Source: Candidatus Cloacimonadota bacterium
GTDB lineage: Bacteria; Cloacimonadota; Cloacimonadia; JGIOTU-2
Assembly: GCA_049903315.1 (NCBI GenBank)
Contig: JBNGBT010000001.1
Coordinates: 160,001 to 224,000, forward strand
DNA length: 64,000 nucleotides
Direction of reading: 5' to 3'
The notes below the pieces were generated by a model, which saw nothing but the letters and a program-made list of their open reading frames with translations, was not told where the DNA came from and did no database searches. The position numbers and the translations under genes were made by a program. This document shows, in pieces, positions 20,540-30,114 of the stretch (positions are counted from its first letter, which is position 1; every line of letters begins with the position of its first letter).

Positions 20540-23500
20540 CTAACGTAACAATATCATTTTTTTAGTTATTTCTTTATTATCGGTTGTTAATCTATAGAAA
20601 TAGATTCCATTGGCAACCGGCTTTTCAGTCATATCCTTGCCATCCCACTGAAGCTCATGAAGAGGGCCGGTGGATAGATCAGGAATGAAGGATTGTACGA
20701 GTTGTCCTTTGATGTTATAGATCTTCAGTTCGGCTTTTGCGGCATTAACAGGCAGCATGAATGATATCGTGGTTGAGTTGAGAACAGGATTTGGGAAGTT
20801 CTGCTGGAGTTTTGTCGTCACAATTTGAGGAATTGGATCATTATCAAAATAGATTTCCTGCCAGCTTGAATTAGGATCTCCATAGAGCACATCATCGATG
20901 TACCAGCCATAATAATCATGAACTGAATAGTCTGTGCCAAAATGCCAACGGAGGATAGCATTATCACCCGTATAACCGCTGATATCAAATTCAACCTGCT
21001 CCCATTCATCGATCTGACTGCCAAAACCTTGTTCGCCATCAAGTCCGCTGATAGATCCAGTATATCCTCCTACTGGTGTTATGACGTCAAAGCTAACTCC
21101 TCCATTTGTCGAGATGGACACATTTCCACCATCATAGTATGTGGAGGTTCCTTCAAAATCATAGAAATGCCAGAAAGTTAACATACCTGAACCGTTTATC
21201 GAAAATGTTGGAGAATCAAGAGTCCAGTCTACATTATCGACACCATAGTACCCATCGATCACTGTAGCCCAGCAATGTGTGCCGGAATGTGCGTATATCT
21301 CACCACCTGAAGGTATGCCCCATTGCCAGCCGTTTGGATTATTACTCACAAAATTTCCATCATTTTGCTCGAAGTCAGCAAAAATCGCTGCATACCCAAG
21401 ATGATAATTTATTCCCATATCACCTTCAACCGTTAGGGTTCCCGAATATGGGACATGCTGAGGTGAAGAAACATAAACATTGTAAGTAAAGTTTGGAAGT
21501 ATTACTTCGTAGGTTCCATCGCTCAAATCAACTGTTGCATATTCTTCACCATTGTCGCTGCGGTAATAGCTAAGAGTGCCAGTACTGAGAATAATGAAGT
21601 CACTGACAAGTTGACCAGAAATCATACTGCTTTCAACAGGGTCCATAACAATATTATGTGTGTTTGCACTATAGTTGAGGAAAAAGCCAAGTTCCTGATA
21701 TGGGTCAAAGCCCCATTTATCAATATATATATCATAGTGATCAACTGGATATTCAGAAGTTATTTCATAATAGCCTGATCCATCAGTAATATCGCTGAAA
21801 AGAGGTGGCTCAGTAGGATCTCCACCCTGCTCATAGAATCGGACTTCAGCATTCGCAATGGCAACAGCATTATCAGAATCTGTTACAATACCCGAAACAG
21901 TACCGAATACTTCGATAGTTGTATAGGTTTCCTGATACATATTGTATCCCGATTTCATAATACCGGCTTTGATGTCTGTAATGCATGTAGGCGTATATGT
22001 TATTTGATCTGAGGAAGAATAGATGGATGTATCAATTTCAACAACGTAAAGTCCATATGTGCAATCTGTCTCATCCTGTGAGAAGAGTACAGTGCCGGGA
22101 AGATTCAATCCGAAAGTGTCTTCAAGACCAAAAGTTGTTGTAACCCATATTGAAGGGTTGGTAAAGTCCATTCCGCCAGTAACCCCCAAAGGTTCTTCAA
22201 GAAGGTTATATCCATCTCCGGTTCTCCACCCTATCACATTAAGGATCATGTCACCACCGTATTCACCACCAAAATTTAATGTACAGCTTCCAGAGGTATT
22301 GGTCATGCCCGAAGTTGTTCCATACACACCAGGTCCGGTAATGAGAATGTTCACATTAGGAATAGGTGTCGTGCCATCATCTTCAAACACATCAATTGTA
22401 ACATCTGTCAATGTATTGATCGGAACAGAAGTTGGGGTAATATTCACTACTGCAGGTGTAGCGACAACAACAGTTGTGCGCACGGGTTGATATTGAGGTT
22501 TAGTGACGACAATATTAGCTGTACCTGCTGTAGTAAAAGGATCGATAGTTACTTCTGCAGTCCCGAAATCATTTGCCAGTGCTGCGCCGTGAAGCACACC
22601 GTTCATAGAGATTGCAACATAAGAGCCAGGATCTGCTTGCACGGTAAAGCTTGTCGAGCCAATAGGTAAGAGTCCGGGGAATGAAACACTGTTTGTGCTT
22701 CCCTGAGTAAGATATGTTACGACAGAGGGATCTCCGAGAATGTTATATGCCTGCCAATAATAGGTAGGATTAGAATGTTGCGGATATCCTTGTATGTCGA
22801 CTTCTGTAACTGCAAGATTGCCACAAAAGAGTATTGCATCATTACATACATAATCAGAAACGAATGGTGCATCATAAGCGCCCCATGAGGTTTCTGCATA
22901 GGTGGGCACATAACCGCCGCCAGGATTGCCGAAAGCTCCTACTGCCCAATAAAAATCCTCATACCAATAAGAGGAAGGGGCAGAAGCAATATAACCGATC
23001 GAGCCCGTTGGTTCACCGGTAGCAGTATCTGTAGCACGGGCAAAAGTTTCGCCGAAACATTCAGAGTACCCGAAATCACCCGACAGACAGCAGTTTCCGA
23101 TTGTAAGAGGAAGCTTGCCTACATTAGTAAGCGCATTCACCATTGATTGACTAAAATTGGGATTACTCCAGCTTGTCTGGCTGCCATGAGCAGTGTAGTT
23201 GATGAAAGAAATTCCATCATTTACGGTATCATAGCATCCTGTATAGGAAGTAAGATAAGCATGAACATCATTGAATCCATGCAAAGCATTGAAATAATTT
23301 TCAGTTCCGTAATGAACTGTTGGCTGACCGACACTTGGGTTCCAAGAACCATCAGCACCTGCGATCAATGTTACGTCATCAAGGAAAGCGGGAACAGGAA
23401 ATTGATATTGTTCATATTCAATGGTTCTGTCAACCTGAGTTTCAAGCTGAGCAACAGTAGTAGCGGAAAATCTTCCGTAATACATTTCCGGGAACATGTC

Positions 23501-24520
23501 GCCGTCAACGCTACAATAATAGAGGTCAGTAACTTTATTTGTGGATGTTCCGATCTCTGAAGGAATCTGTCCGGTATCACCAACAAAGAGCACGAAACTC
23601 GGAGCTGGATCGGAGGGGGTTCCTGCATTGTATTGATTATGAATCCAGGTTTTGATTTGAGCTACCGAGCCGCCGATAATGTCTGTATATCCAACAATAA
23701 CATTAAATCCTTTTTGGGCTTTCCAATCAATGAAATCCTCAAGAGTTGTTTCAAACATTCTATCAGCAACAATAAGATACTTTACAGGGTAGGTTACAAG
23801 ATCCGGATGAGCTGGATAGCCGTGATCTCTACCATTAAATAGTCTGTCATTGATAACATTGAAATAAGGTGAAGCAGTTGCTGCTTTTGTGTATTCTGTT
23901 TGTGCGATATCAGGATTATGAAAGTGTACATTTACCTGAATGTCGTTATAGACCTTAATCTTTTCCTGAACAGGATTGTATTTAACAGGAGCAATGACAA
24001 TACGAGCTATGCGATATCCACGAAGTGTTCCGACAACTTCTACGGTTGCAAGTTCGACATCTTTAAAGGAATCTGTAGAATAAATATCTTCATTAAATTC
24101 AAAAGGAACGGTAGAGGGATCAGTATTCTTGGAATAGGAGGGTTGAACTGGAGCAATAGAATGAATAATTCCATATTCACTCAGATCGTATTCCTGCATT
24201 GTGTAATCAAGCACTTCTATGGAAACTTCTGCTCCAAAAGGAATATCAATCAATTTTTTGATTGCGGGAAGTTTGGGTGATCCAATTTCTCCTATGAAAT
24301 AACCATCTCGGATTGCAAGTTCTGTGAACTCTCCACCTTTACTGGTGATATCCATAGTAGATATTTCTGAAAATTCAAAGGTAACATCTAGGTCATTATA
24401 AGAATTTTCAGTGATTTCAAATTTAGTTTCTGCTTTGTCCAATGCAATGGGTGAATTGCTTGCGAAAGCGAGCGAAGCCACAAAGGTGAACAGCAGAACA
24501 AATAACAGTGTTTTCTTCAT
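20540..24520 (-). CDS. Lys-gingipain (Kgp)-like C25 cysteine peptidase with C-terminal sorting domain
   Basis: TDLYY, PEMYYGRFSA, NYTAHGSQTSW, IGNCC, SYWYEDFYWAVGA, YYWQAY..LGD match Kgp catalytic-domain motifs. Confidence 0.9.
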   Translation of the reverse strand: MKKTLLFVLLFTFVASLAFASNSPIALDKAETKFEITENSYNDLDVTFEFSEISTMDITSKGGEFTELAIRDGYFIGEIGSPKLPAIKKLIDIPFGAEVSIEVLDYTMQEYDLSEYGIIHSIAPVQPSYSKNTDPSTVPFEFNEDIYSTDSFKDVELATVEVVGTLRGYRIARIVIAPVKYNPVQEKIKVYNDIQVNVHFHNPDIAQTEYTKAATASPYFNVINDRLFNGRDHGYPAHPDLVTYPVKYLIVADRMFETTLEDFIDWKAQKGFNVIVGYTDIIGGSVAQIKTWIHNQYNAGTPSDPAPSFVLFVGDTGQIPSEIGTSTNKVTDLYYCSVDGDMFPEMYYGRFSATTVAQLETQVDRTIEYEQYQFPVPAFLDDVTLIAGADGSWNPSVGQPTVHYGTENYFNALHGFNDVHAYLTSYTGCYDTVNDGISFINYTAHGSQTSWSNPNFSQSMVNALTNVGKLPLTIGNCCLSGDFGYSECFGETFARATDTATGEPTGSIGYIASAPSSYWYEDFYWAVGAFGNPGGGYVPTYAETSWGAYDAPFVSDYVCNDAILFCGNLAVTEVDIQGYPQHSNPTYYWQAYNILGDPSVVTYLTQGSTNSVSFPGLLPIGSTSFTVQADPGSYVAISMNGVLHGAALANDFGTAEVTIDPFTTAGTANIVVTKPQYQPVRTTVVVATPAVVNITPTSVPINTLTDVTIDVFEDDGTTPIPNVNILITGPGVYGTTSGMTNTSGSCTLNFGGEYGGDMILNVIGWRTGDGYNLLEEPLGVTGGMDFTNPSIWVTTTFGLEDTFGLNLPGTVLFSQDETDCTYGLYVVEIDTSIYSSSDQITYTPTCITDIKAGIMKSGYNMYQETYTTIEVFGTVSGIVTDSDNAVAIANAEVRFYEQGGDPTEPPLFSDITDGSGYYEITSEYPVDHYDIYIDKWGFDPYQELGFFLNYSANTHNIVMDPVESSMISGQLVSDFIILSTGTLSYYRSDNGEEYATVDLSDGTYEVILPNFTYNVYVSSPQHVPYSGTLTVEGDMGINYHLGYAAIFADFEQNDGNFVSNNPNGWQWGIPSGGEIYAHSGTHCWATVIDGYYGVDNVDWTLDSPTFSINGSGMLTFWHFYDFEGTSTYYDGGNVSISTNGGVSFDVITPVGGYTGSISGLDGEQGFGSQIDEWEQVEFDISGYTGDNAILRWHFGTDYSVHDYYGWYIDDVLYGDPNSSWQEIYFDNDPIPQIVTTKLQQNFPNPVLNSTTISFMLPVNAAKAELKIYNIKGQLVQSFIPDLSTGPLHELQWDGKDMTEKPVANGIYFYRLTTDNKEITKKMILLR

Positions 24521-24725
24521 CGAAAACCTCCATATTTTTATCTTTAATATTTTAAAATAAGTTTATTCAAAAAAATTTGATTAAAATCTCGCTCTTCGAA
24601 GAAGATTGTCAAGTGAAATTAGTTTTTTAATGAATTTTTTTATAAATATTAATATTAAATAAGTAAAACAAAAATTATTGACATTATTATAGATAATAAA
24701 ATTAAATTGTGTGGAGGTAAGCAAA

Positions 24726-25064
24726 ATGGAAACAAAAGATATGATAAAAAAAGTCAAAGGTGAAGTCAGCAGTGTGCTTTCAACTGTGGCAAACAAAGCT
24801 GAGTTTATAGCCAAAATGTCTAAATTGAAGATTGAAATTACCCACAAAAATGCAAAGGTTAACAGCAATTTGAAGGATATTGGCGAGTATATTTATAGTA
24901 AGAAATCTGAATTTACAAATGATAAATATATTGCTGAAATTTTAAAAGAAGTAGAAGAAATTAAGCAATCAATTGAAGAGATAAAATCGAGAATTGAAGA
25001 TATCAAGATATTAGAAAAAGAGAAGCATAGTCAAAGCGAAAAGCGAAAGAATTCCCAAGAGTGA
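24726..25064 (+). CDS. Hypothetical coiled-coil protein
   Basis: GGAGG RBS before ATG 24726; K/E-rich helical ORF. Confidence 0.7.
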   Translation: METKDMIKKVKGEVSSVLSTVANKAEFIAKMSKLKIEITHKNAKVNSNLKDIGEYIYSKKSEFTNDKYIAEILKEVEEIKQSIEEIKSRIEDIKILEKEKHSQSEKRKNSQE

Positions 25065-25090
25065 TAAAATAAAGGAAGAGCAGCAGAGAA

Positions 25091-25507
25091 TTGAAACGAT
25101 TAATGGCATTAGATTATGGAGAACGGCGTATCGGGATCGCTCTTTCTGATCCCGACCAACTTATTACTTTTCCTTATCAGACAATTGATACAAAAAAAAC
25201 TCCGGACGTAGTGAAAGAGATAGTCGGAATAATCAAGGAACAGGATGTCGGGGCACTTATTATCGGCAATCCATTGAACAGTCTTGGGGCTGATTCTAAA
25301 AAATCAAAAGATGTGAAAACATTTATTACAATGCTTTCACACCATATTTCAATCCCGATCACATTGTGGGATGAATCCTATACAACGAGAGCAGCGATTA
25401 CTCTTATGAACCGGGCGAACAAGAAACTAAAAAAAAACCGGGATAAAGTTGATCAACTTGCTGCTTCCTTGCTTCTGCAAGATTATCTTGAGCATCATAG
25501 CGAATAG
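25091..25507 (+). CDS. ruvX: YqgF/RuvX family pre-16S rRNA nuclease
   Basis: LALDYG.RRIGIA.SD, WDE.YTT, VD.LAA..LLQ.YL. Confidence 0.92.
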   Translation: MKRLMALDYGERRIGIALSDPDQLITFPYQTIDTKKTPDVVKEIVGIIKEQDVGALIIGNPLNSLGADSKKSKDVKTFITMLSHHISIPITLWDESYTTRAAITLMNRANKKLKKNRDKVDQLAASLLLQDYLEHHSE

Positions 25508-25516
25508 CATAACTTT

Positions 25517-26488
25517 ATGAAAAAAGCTTTTTTGGTAGTATTAATATTTGTTTTTCTTTATTTTGTGTATTTTACCATTATGAGCTTGTATGTAAAATAT
25601 CCGATACTTAATAAAACAATAGATATCCAAAAGGGTTCATCAGTATTTCAAGTCGCAAAGAAACTTGAAGAAAAAGAAATAATTTCATCTGCAACACTCT
25701 TTCTCGTAGCAAACAAATTATTGCCGGGCGACAAGCAGATTCGGTATGGCAAATTCAATTTTACCGGGAAATATTCTTTTGTTGAAGTGCTTCATAAACT
25801 CACAAGCGGCGAGGTTGTGACCAATCGTATTACTATACCAGAAGGATACACCGTCCGTCGTGTTGCAAGTTTGCTCGCACGTCAGGAATTGGCAGATTAT
25901 AGTATTTTTATGTCACTTTGCTCGGATTCCTCGTACATTAACAGTCTGGGATTGCCGATACAGAATCTTGAGGGATTTCTCTTTCCTGAAACATATTACA
26001 TTCCATATTTTGCTGATGAAGAATATATCATTAAAATGATGGTCGATGATTTCTTTTTGCAATTTGAAAATGTTCATCCGAACCCACTTTCTTTTGACTC
26101 GTTATATGATGTGGTAATCATGGCCTCGATTGTTGAGAGGGAAGCAATTTATGATGACGAAAGACCGCTTATTGCTGGAGTGTATAATAAAAGGTTGAAA
26201 GAGCGGATGCTCTTACAGGCAGATCCTACAGTTGCCTATGCTTTGGAATTGAATCGGATTTCCCGCAAGAAAATATATTATGACGATCTTAAGATAGAAT
26301 CAGATTATAATACATATTTGTATAGAGGACTTCCACCGACACCGATCTGCAATCCCGGTATTCAGTCAATTCTTGCTGCTCTTCACCCACAAGATACAGA
26401 ATATTTATTCTTTTTTGCAGGGAAAAATAAAAGGCATATATTTTCCAAAACATATAGGGAACATTTGCAGAAGTTGAATAGGATTTAA
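25517..26488 (+). CDS. mltG: Endolytic transglycosylase MltG
   Basis: TIPEG, LEGFLFPETY, ASIVERE, LQADPTV, YNTY...GLPPTPICNPG. Confidence 0.95.
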   Translation: MKKAFLVVLIFVFLYFVYFTIMSLYVKYPILNKTIDIQKGSSVFQVAKKLEEKEIISSATLFLVANKLLPGDKQIRYGKFNFTGKYSFVEVLHKLTSGEVVTNRITIPEGYTVRRVASLLARQELADYSIFMSLCSDSSYINSLGLPIQNLEGFLFPETYYIPYFADEEYIIKMMVDDFFLQFENVHPNPLSFDSLYDVVIMASIVEREAIYDDERPLIAGVYNKRLKERMLLQADPTVAYALELNRISRKKIYYDDLKIESDYNTYLYRGLPPTPICNPGIQSILAALHPQDTEYLFFFAGKNKRHIFSKTYREHLQKLNRI

Positions 26489-26535
26489 TCTTCTGAATGT
26501 TGGATTTTTAATATGAGGTGATTTTTTCTCGTTAT

Positions 26536-26562
26536 CTCGTTCCTAAGTTGCACTTGGGAACG
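26536..26562. repeat. Isolated REP-like hairpin
   Basis: CT-CGTTCCTAAGT-tgc-ACTTGGGAACG; same architecture as the hairpins flanking the RAYT gene. Confidence 0.55.
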
Positions 26563-26663
26563 GCACTTATTATTTAAGAATTACCAATTCCAGCTTGGCA
26601 TTCAGAGGATTTGAGTTCAATCAAAAATCTTAAATCGGTGTTCGATATTCTTAGATCAAATAA

Positions 26664-28406
26664 TTACCGGACCTTCATCATTTTTTGAGTAAAGGTTTTG
26701 CCATTAAGATTTATCCTATAGAAATATACACCAGCGGGAACACTTTTTCCGGAATGGTCTGAACCATCCCATTGTATTGAGACAATCTCATTTGCTGATT
26801 GTGCGGATAGTATTTTCACAAGCTGTCCTCTCACATTATAAATTCCAATTTTGATGTCGTCGGATGTGTGATTTTTGAGTGTAAAAGCAATAGTCGTGTT
26901 TCCGCTAAATGGATTGGGATAATTTGTGGCTTCTGTGATCATATTGTGCTGTGGTTCATCTATAGAAACAGAGTTCATCACATAGAAGGAATATGCCATT
27001 GGCGCACCGATGTAAGGATTGTTCTCACTTCTACCGGAGTTGTCTGCTGCGTGAATATAGTAATTTATAATTGTTCCGTTTGACTGTGCAGGAATGCTTG
27101 CCGAGAAGAAGTTTCCAAAAATTTGATGTAAAGGAAGAGTATTGAACTGAATATCGGTTGAGCGTTTCCAATACACAAGGAGAGAGTCTGAAATCAATGA
27201 TTCTCCGCTATACGCAAAAATGCTGGTCGTGATGGTAATATCATCAGACGTACTGATAGTATCTGCAAGAGGGGTATGGTAGATATAGAGCATTCCCTGA
27301 TCTGTAACGCCCATTGTGCGGCAGTGAAGTGCATCAGTCGATTGCCATGAGCCCGTAAAACCAAGTACTTCATAACCGGGCATAGCTGATTCGTAAGATG
27401 CGAGTGCGGGTGCATCATAAGCACTACCTGTGATCGGCACGAGTACTTTATTATTTAAAATGAGCGAGTTTGTGTATGGCTGATTATTTGGCGTATTCAC
27501 ACGCGGAACTTCGTAGTTTGTGCCATAACAACTCGGCTGAGATTCAAAATAATCAACCGCTGCTTCGATCTCATCATATTGGGAATGATATGTGGGAACT
27601 TCACGAATGAGTATTTGCGTTGGGCTGAGATATTTTCCCCAGCAATCAACATGTTTTATATATTCTCCATTTACATCAGGAACAACATGATACGTTTCTA
27701 TGCCGAGATAATCATTAACAAGCGTGTTGATTTCTGCGTGGGTCAAACCGGAATTTTCTTCCCATATCAGATCTGTAGAAACTGATATGCCGTGCCCATC
27801 TGTCATATAATTGCCACCTGTTGCAGTCAACCCCATATTATATACATTAATTCCGAAATATGTCGCGCAGAAAGTGGGTATAGCATTATCGTTTGGACGG
27901 GGTCGGTTATAGGTGAAATTTGTGATTCCGGCCTCATTGTTACCATTAAAAATAAACCAGGGACCATAATCGCGAATCCAGTATGAATCCGAACTTGTAA
28001 TAAGAAATTCGACATTGCTCATATTCACACCGGCATTATTGAACGTGTTATATGCAGTGGTTTGAGAGCTGGATGAAACTATGCAATAGACCATCACGTC
28101 TTCAGCCATTTCTGCAACAATTGCCGTCGAGATGCCAAGGGGATAGCGTATCAGAACTCCCTGCATAGGATCAAATTCTGAAGGTTGACGTACTGGTCCA
28201 GGGGGCTCGAGTGTAGGAAGGAAATCCTTCCCGATCTCGTCGAGGTGGAGTTTTTCATCTTCCGTCAGCCAGATTGGAAGTTCACCAGGATGCTCATCTT
28301 GCCATTGCTCAGCATGGGGGATTTCTGCATAGAGAATAATGGATTTTGCGAAAAGTGTCACATTAAGACAAAGTAAAGAAGTTATGATAAAGAATATCTT
28401 CTTCAT
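26664..28406 (-). CDS. Secreted peptidylarginine/agmatine deiminase-family enzyme with C-terminal sorting domain
   Basis: Signal peptide; WIRDYGP, GGNYMTDG, HVDCW, YTNSLI, ALHCRT (catalytic Cys); NYPNPF...GVYFY C-terminus. Confidence 0.88.
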   Translation of the reverse strand: MKKIFFIITSLLCLNVTLFAKSIILYAEIPHAEQWQDEHPGELPIWLTEDEKLHLDEIGKDFLPTLEPPGPVRQPSEFDPMQGVLIRYPLGISTAIVAEMAEDVMVYCIVSSSSQTTAYNTFNNAGVNMSNVEFLITSSDSYWIRDYGPWFIFNGNNEAGITNFTYNRPRPNDNAIPTFCATYFGINVYNMGLTATGGNYMTDGHGISVSTDLIWEENSGLTHAEINTLVNDYLGIETYHVVPDVNGEYIKHVDCWGKYLSPTQILIREVPTYHSQYDEIEAAVDYFESQPSCYGTNYEVPRVNTPNNQPYTNSLILNNKVLVPITGSAYDAPALASYESAMPGYEVLGFTGSWQSTDALHCRTMGVTDQGMLYIYHTPLADTISTSDDITITTSIFAYSGESLISDSLLVYWKRSTDIQFNTLPLHQIFGNFFSASIPAQSNGTIINYYIHAADNSGRSENNPYIGAPMAYSFYVMNSVSIDEPQHNMITEATNYPNPFSGNTTIAFTLKNHTSDDIKIGIYNVRGQLVKILSAQSANEIVSIQWDGSDHSGKSVPAGVYFYRINLNGKTFTQKMMKVR

Positions 28407-28593
28407 TAAAAAACCTCGAATAAATTTTTAATTTTGTTGGAAATTCCTGCAGGTGATTTTTTTGTCAATTCTCTTATTGAATAAAAAAACTTGCGTTGAA
28501 ATATTTACTTTTCAATATCTTGCATACTGAAAATATCCTTCAGCATGAGTTTGTTTGCATAACTGTGAGAAAAATAAATATTTGCAACCGAGT

Positions 28594-29028
28594 ATGTTTA
28601 AACGTTTTATAAAATTTACAATTAGAGGTTTGGTCGGAACAGTGGTTGACACCGCTGTTCTATGGCTGCTGACGACCTATGCTTTTCACACATACTTCTC
28701 AAAATACATACTCGCTCCTTCCATATCTTTCGAGATTGGCATACTTGTGGGATATGTGATCATCTATTTTTGGATATGGAATCATCGAGTACTCAACAAT
28801 TTTAAAGATTTTGTTCGACGAATTCCGAAGTATAATTTGGCAGTTTTATTCTCATTTGGCGTGAAACTCATTCTTCTAAATATCATTAAACAGATTTTTC
28901 ATTTCGATGTGGTGATATGTAACCTCATTGCACTTTTTTTCTCTGGATTTATAAATTTCTTTACCAACGAAAAGATCGTTTTCAAAGAGAAGAAAACAGT
29001 CGTCGAAGATCTATACGAAAATTTATAA
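28594..29028 (+). CDS. GtrA family membrane protein
   Basis: RFIKF...G..GT.VD..V, NF..N...VF; four TM segments; start may be further upstream (TTG 28555). Confidence 0.82.
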   Translation: MFKRFIKFTIRGLVGTVVDTAVLWLLTTYAFHTYFSKYILAPSISFEIGILVGYVIIYFWIWNHRVLNNFKDFVRRIPKYNLAVLFSFGVKLILLNIIKQIFHFDVVICNLIALFFSGFINFFTNEKIVFKEKKTVVEDLYENL

Positions 29029-29110
29029 ACGAAACTTTTTTACAATCTTAGGATCATACATAATTTCTATAATTAACCTCTATATTGTGGTTTAGGATAC
29101 TGTTATAAAA

Positions 29111-29137
29111 TTAGCACTCGTGCCATAAGAGTGCTAA
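29111..29137. promoter_or_regulatory. CIRCE element (HrcA operator)
   Basis: Perfect TTAGCACTC-N9-GAGTGCTAA upstream of hsp20. Confidence 0.95.
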
Positions 29138-29144
29138 ATATTAT

Positions 29145-29172
29145 TTGACATTCAATTTCATCGTATTATATT
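29145..29172 (+). promoter_or_regulatory. sigma70-type promoter for hsp20
   Basis: TTGACA-N16-TATATT just downstream of CIRCE. Confidence 0.6.
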
Positions 29173-29232
29173 ATTTTGTAAATCGTGAAAGATAATAGAC
29201 GTGAAACCAAAAATAATGAAAGGAGGTTTAAG

Positions 29233-29646
29233 ATGGCTATTATCAGATATCAACCCTTCAGGAACATGCTGGACAGTTTACTCAAGGATAACGAATTCAT
29301 GCCCGGCTTCCAGGATACCAATTTCAGAATGCCTGTTGATATTTATGAAAAAGATGGCAATGTCAGTATTGATTTTGAACTTCCCGGTCTTGATAAAAAG
29401 GATATAAATATCGAACTTGAGGGAAACAATCTTACTGTTTCTGGTAAAATGCAAAAGGATAATGAAGTGAAAGAAGAAAACTACTATCGCTGTGAGCGTT
29501 CATACGGTGAGTTTTCCCGATCTTTTACCATTCCTGACGGGATCAAGGAAAAAGATCTCAAAGCATCATATAAAGATGGTGTATTAAAGGTCACATTCCC
29601 CAAAACCAAAGAGATTGAAAAAAAGAAAAAGATTGAGGTCTCATAA
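29233..29646 (+). CDS. Small heat shock protein Hsp20
   Basis: PVDIYE, ELPG, ERSYGEFSRSF, ASYKDGVLKV; AGGAGG RBS before ATG 29233. Confidence 0.95.
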   Translation: MAIIRYQPFRNMLDSLLKDNEFMPGFQDTNFRMPVDIYEKDGNVSIDFELPGLDKKDINIELEGNNLTVSGKMQKDNEVKEENYYRCERSYGEFSRSFTIPDGIKEKDLKASYKDGVLKVTFPKTKEIEKKKKIEVS

Positions 29647-29660
29647 AGTCCTGGTACTCC

Positions 29661-29698
29661 AAAGCCTGTTCGTCATGTGCGGATGGGCTTTTTTTTTA
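29661..29698 (+). terminator. Intrinsic terminator after hsp20
   Basis: AAAGCCTGTTCG/CGGATGGGCTTT stem (G-U pairs) followed by a T-run. Confidence 0.8.
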
Positions 29699-29710
29699 TC
29701 AGTAGAAAAT

Positions 29711-29739
29711 TTGACATCACATCATAAAAAGAATAAGAT
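29711..29739 (+). promoter_or_regulatory. sigma70-type promoter for grx-trxB-trxA
   Basis: TTGACA-N17-TAAGAT. Confidence 0.65.
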
Positions 29740-29855
29740 TTAAAAAATTAAATAGGATAATAATATTGTGAACTACAAAAACGCGAAATACAAAACCCAA
29801 AATAGAATAATGTTAAACAATTGCATTTCGTGGCTTTTAAAATATAGGAGATGAA

Positions 29856-30113
29856 ATGAATACTCAAACAGCAAGTGTGGTCGTGTTTTCCACTCCCATG
29901 TGTTCCTGGTGTAGAAAGACCAAGGATTATCTCAGAAAGCACAATATACGTTTTAAGGATATCGACGTTGCTAGGGATCAGGCTGCTGCGCGCGATATGG
30001 TTCGAAGAACCGGACAGCAGGGAGTACCGGTCATCATGATAAACAATCGTGCCATTGTCGGATTTGATAAGAATAAAATAGACAACTTATTGGGAATTAA
30101 AGATAGAAGCTAA
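29856..30113 (+). CDS. Glutaredoxin-like (NrdH/YruB) protein
   Basis: CSWC motif, GQQGVPVI, IVGFD. Confidence 0.9.
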   Translation: MNTQTASVVVFSTPMCSWCRKTKDYLRKHNIRFKDIDVARDQAAARDMVRRTGQQGVPVIMINNRAIVGFDKNKIDNLLGIKDRS

Positions 30114-30114
30114 A

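Noticed and set aside
24630..24665. AATATTAATATT palindrome as operator for the ArsR fusion
   Set aside because: A pure A/T palindrome in very AT-rich DNA is expected by chance
29111..29126. TGGCACG on the minus strand as a sigma54 promoter
   Set aside because: No TTGC at -12; the sequence is part of the CIRCE and its spacer
29770..29835. Degenerate CACGAAA-like inverted repeat upstream of the glutaredoxin gene
   Set aside because: Too decayed to distinguish from chance in AT-rich DNA
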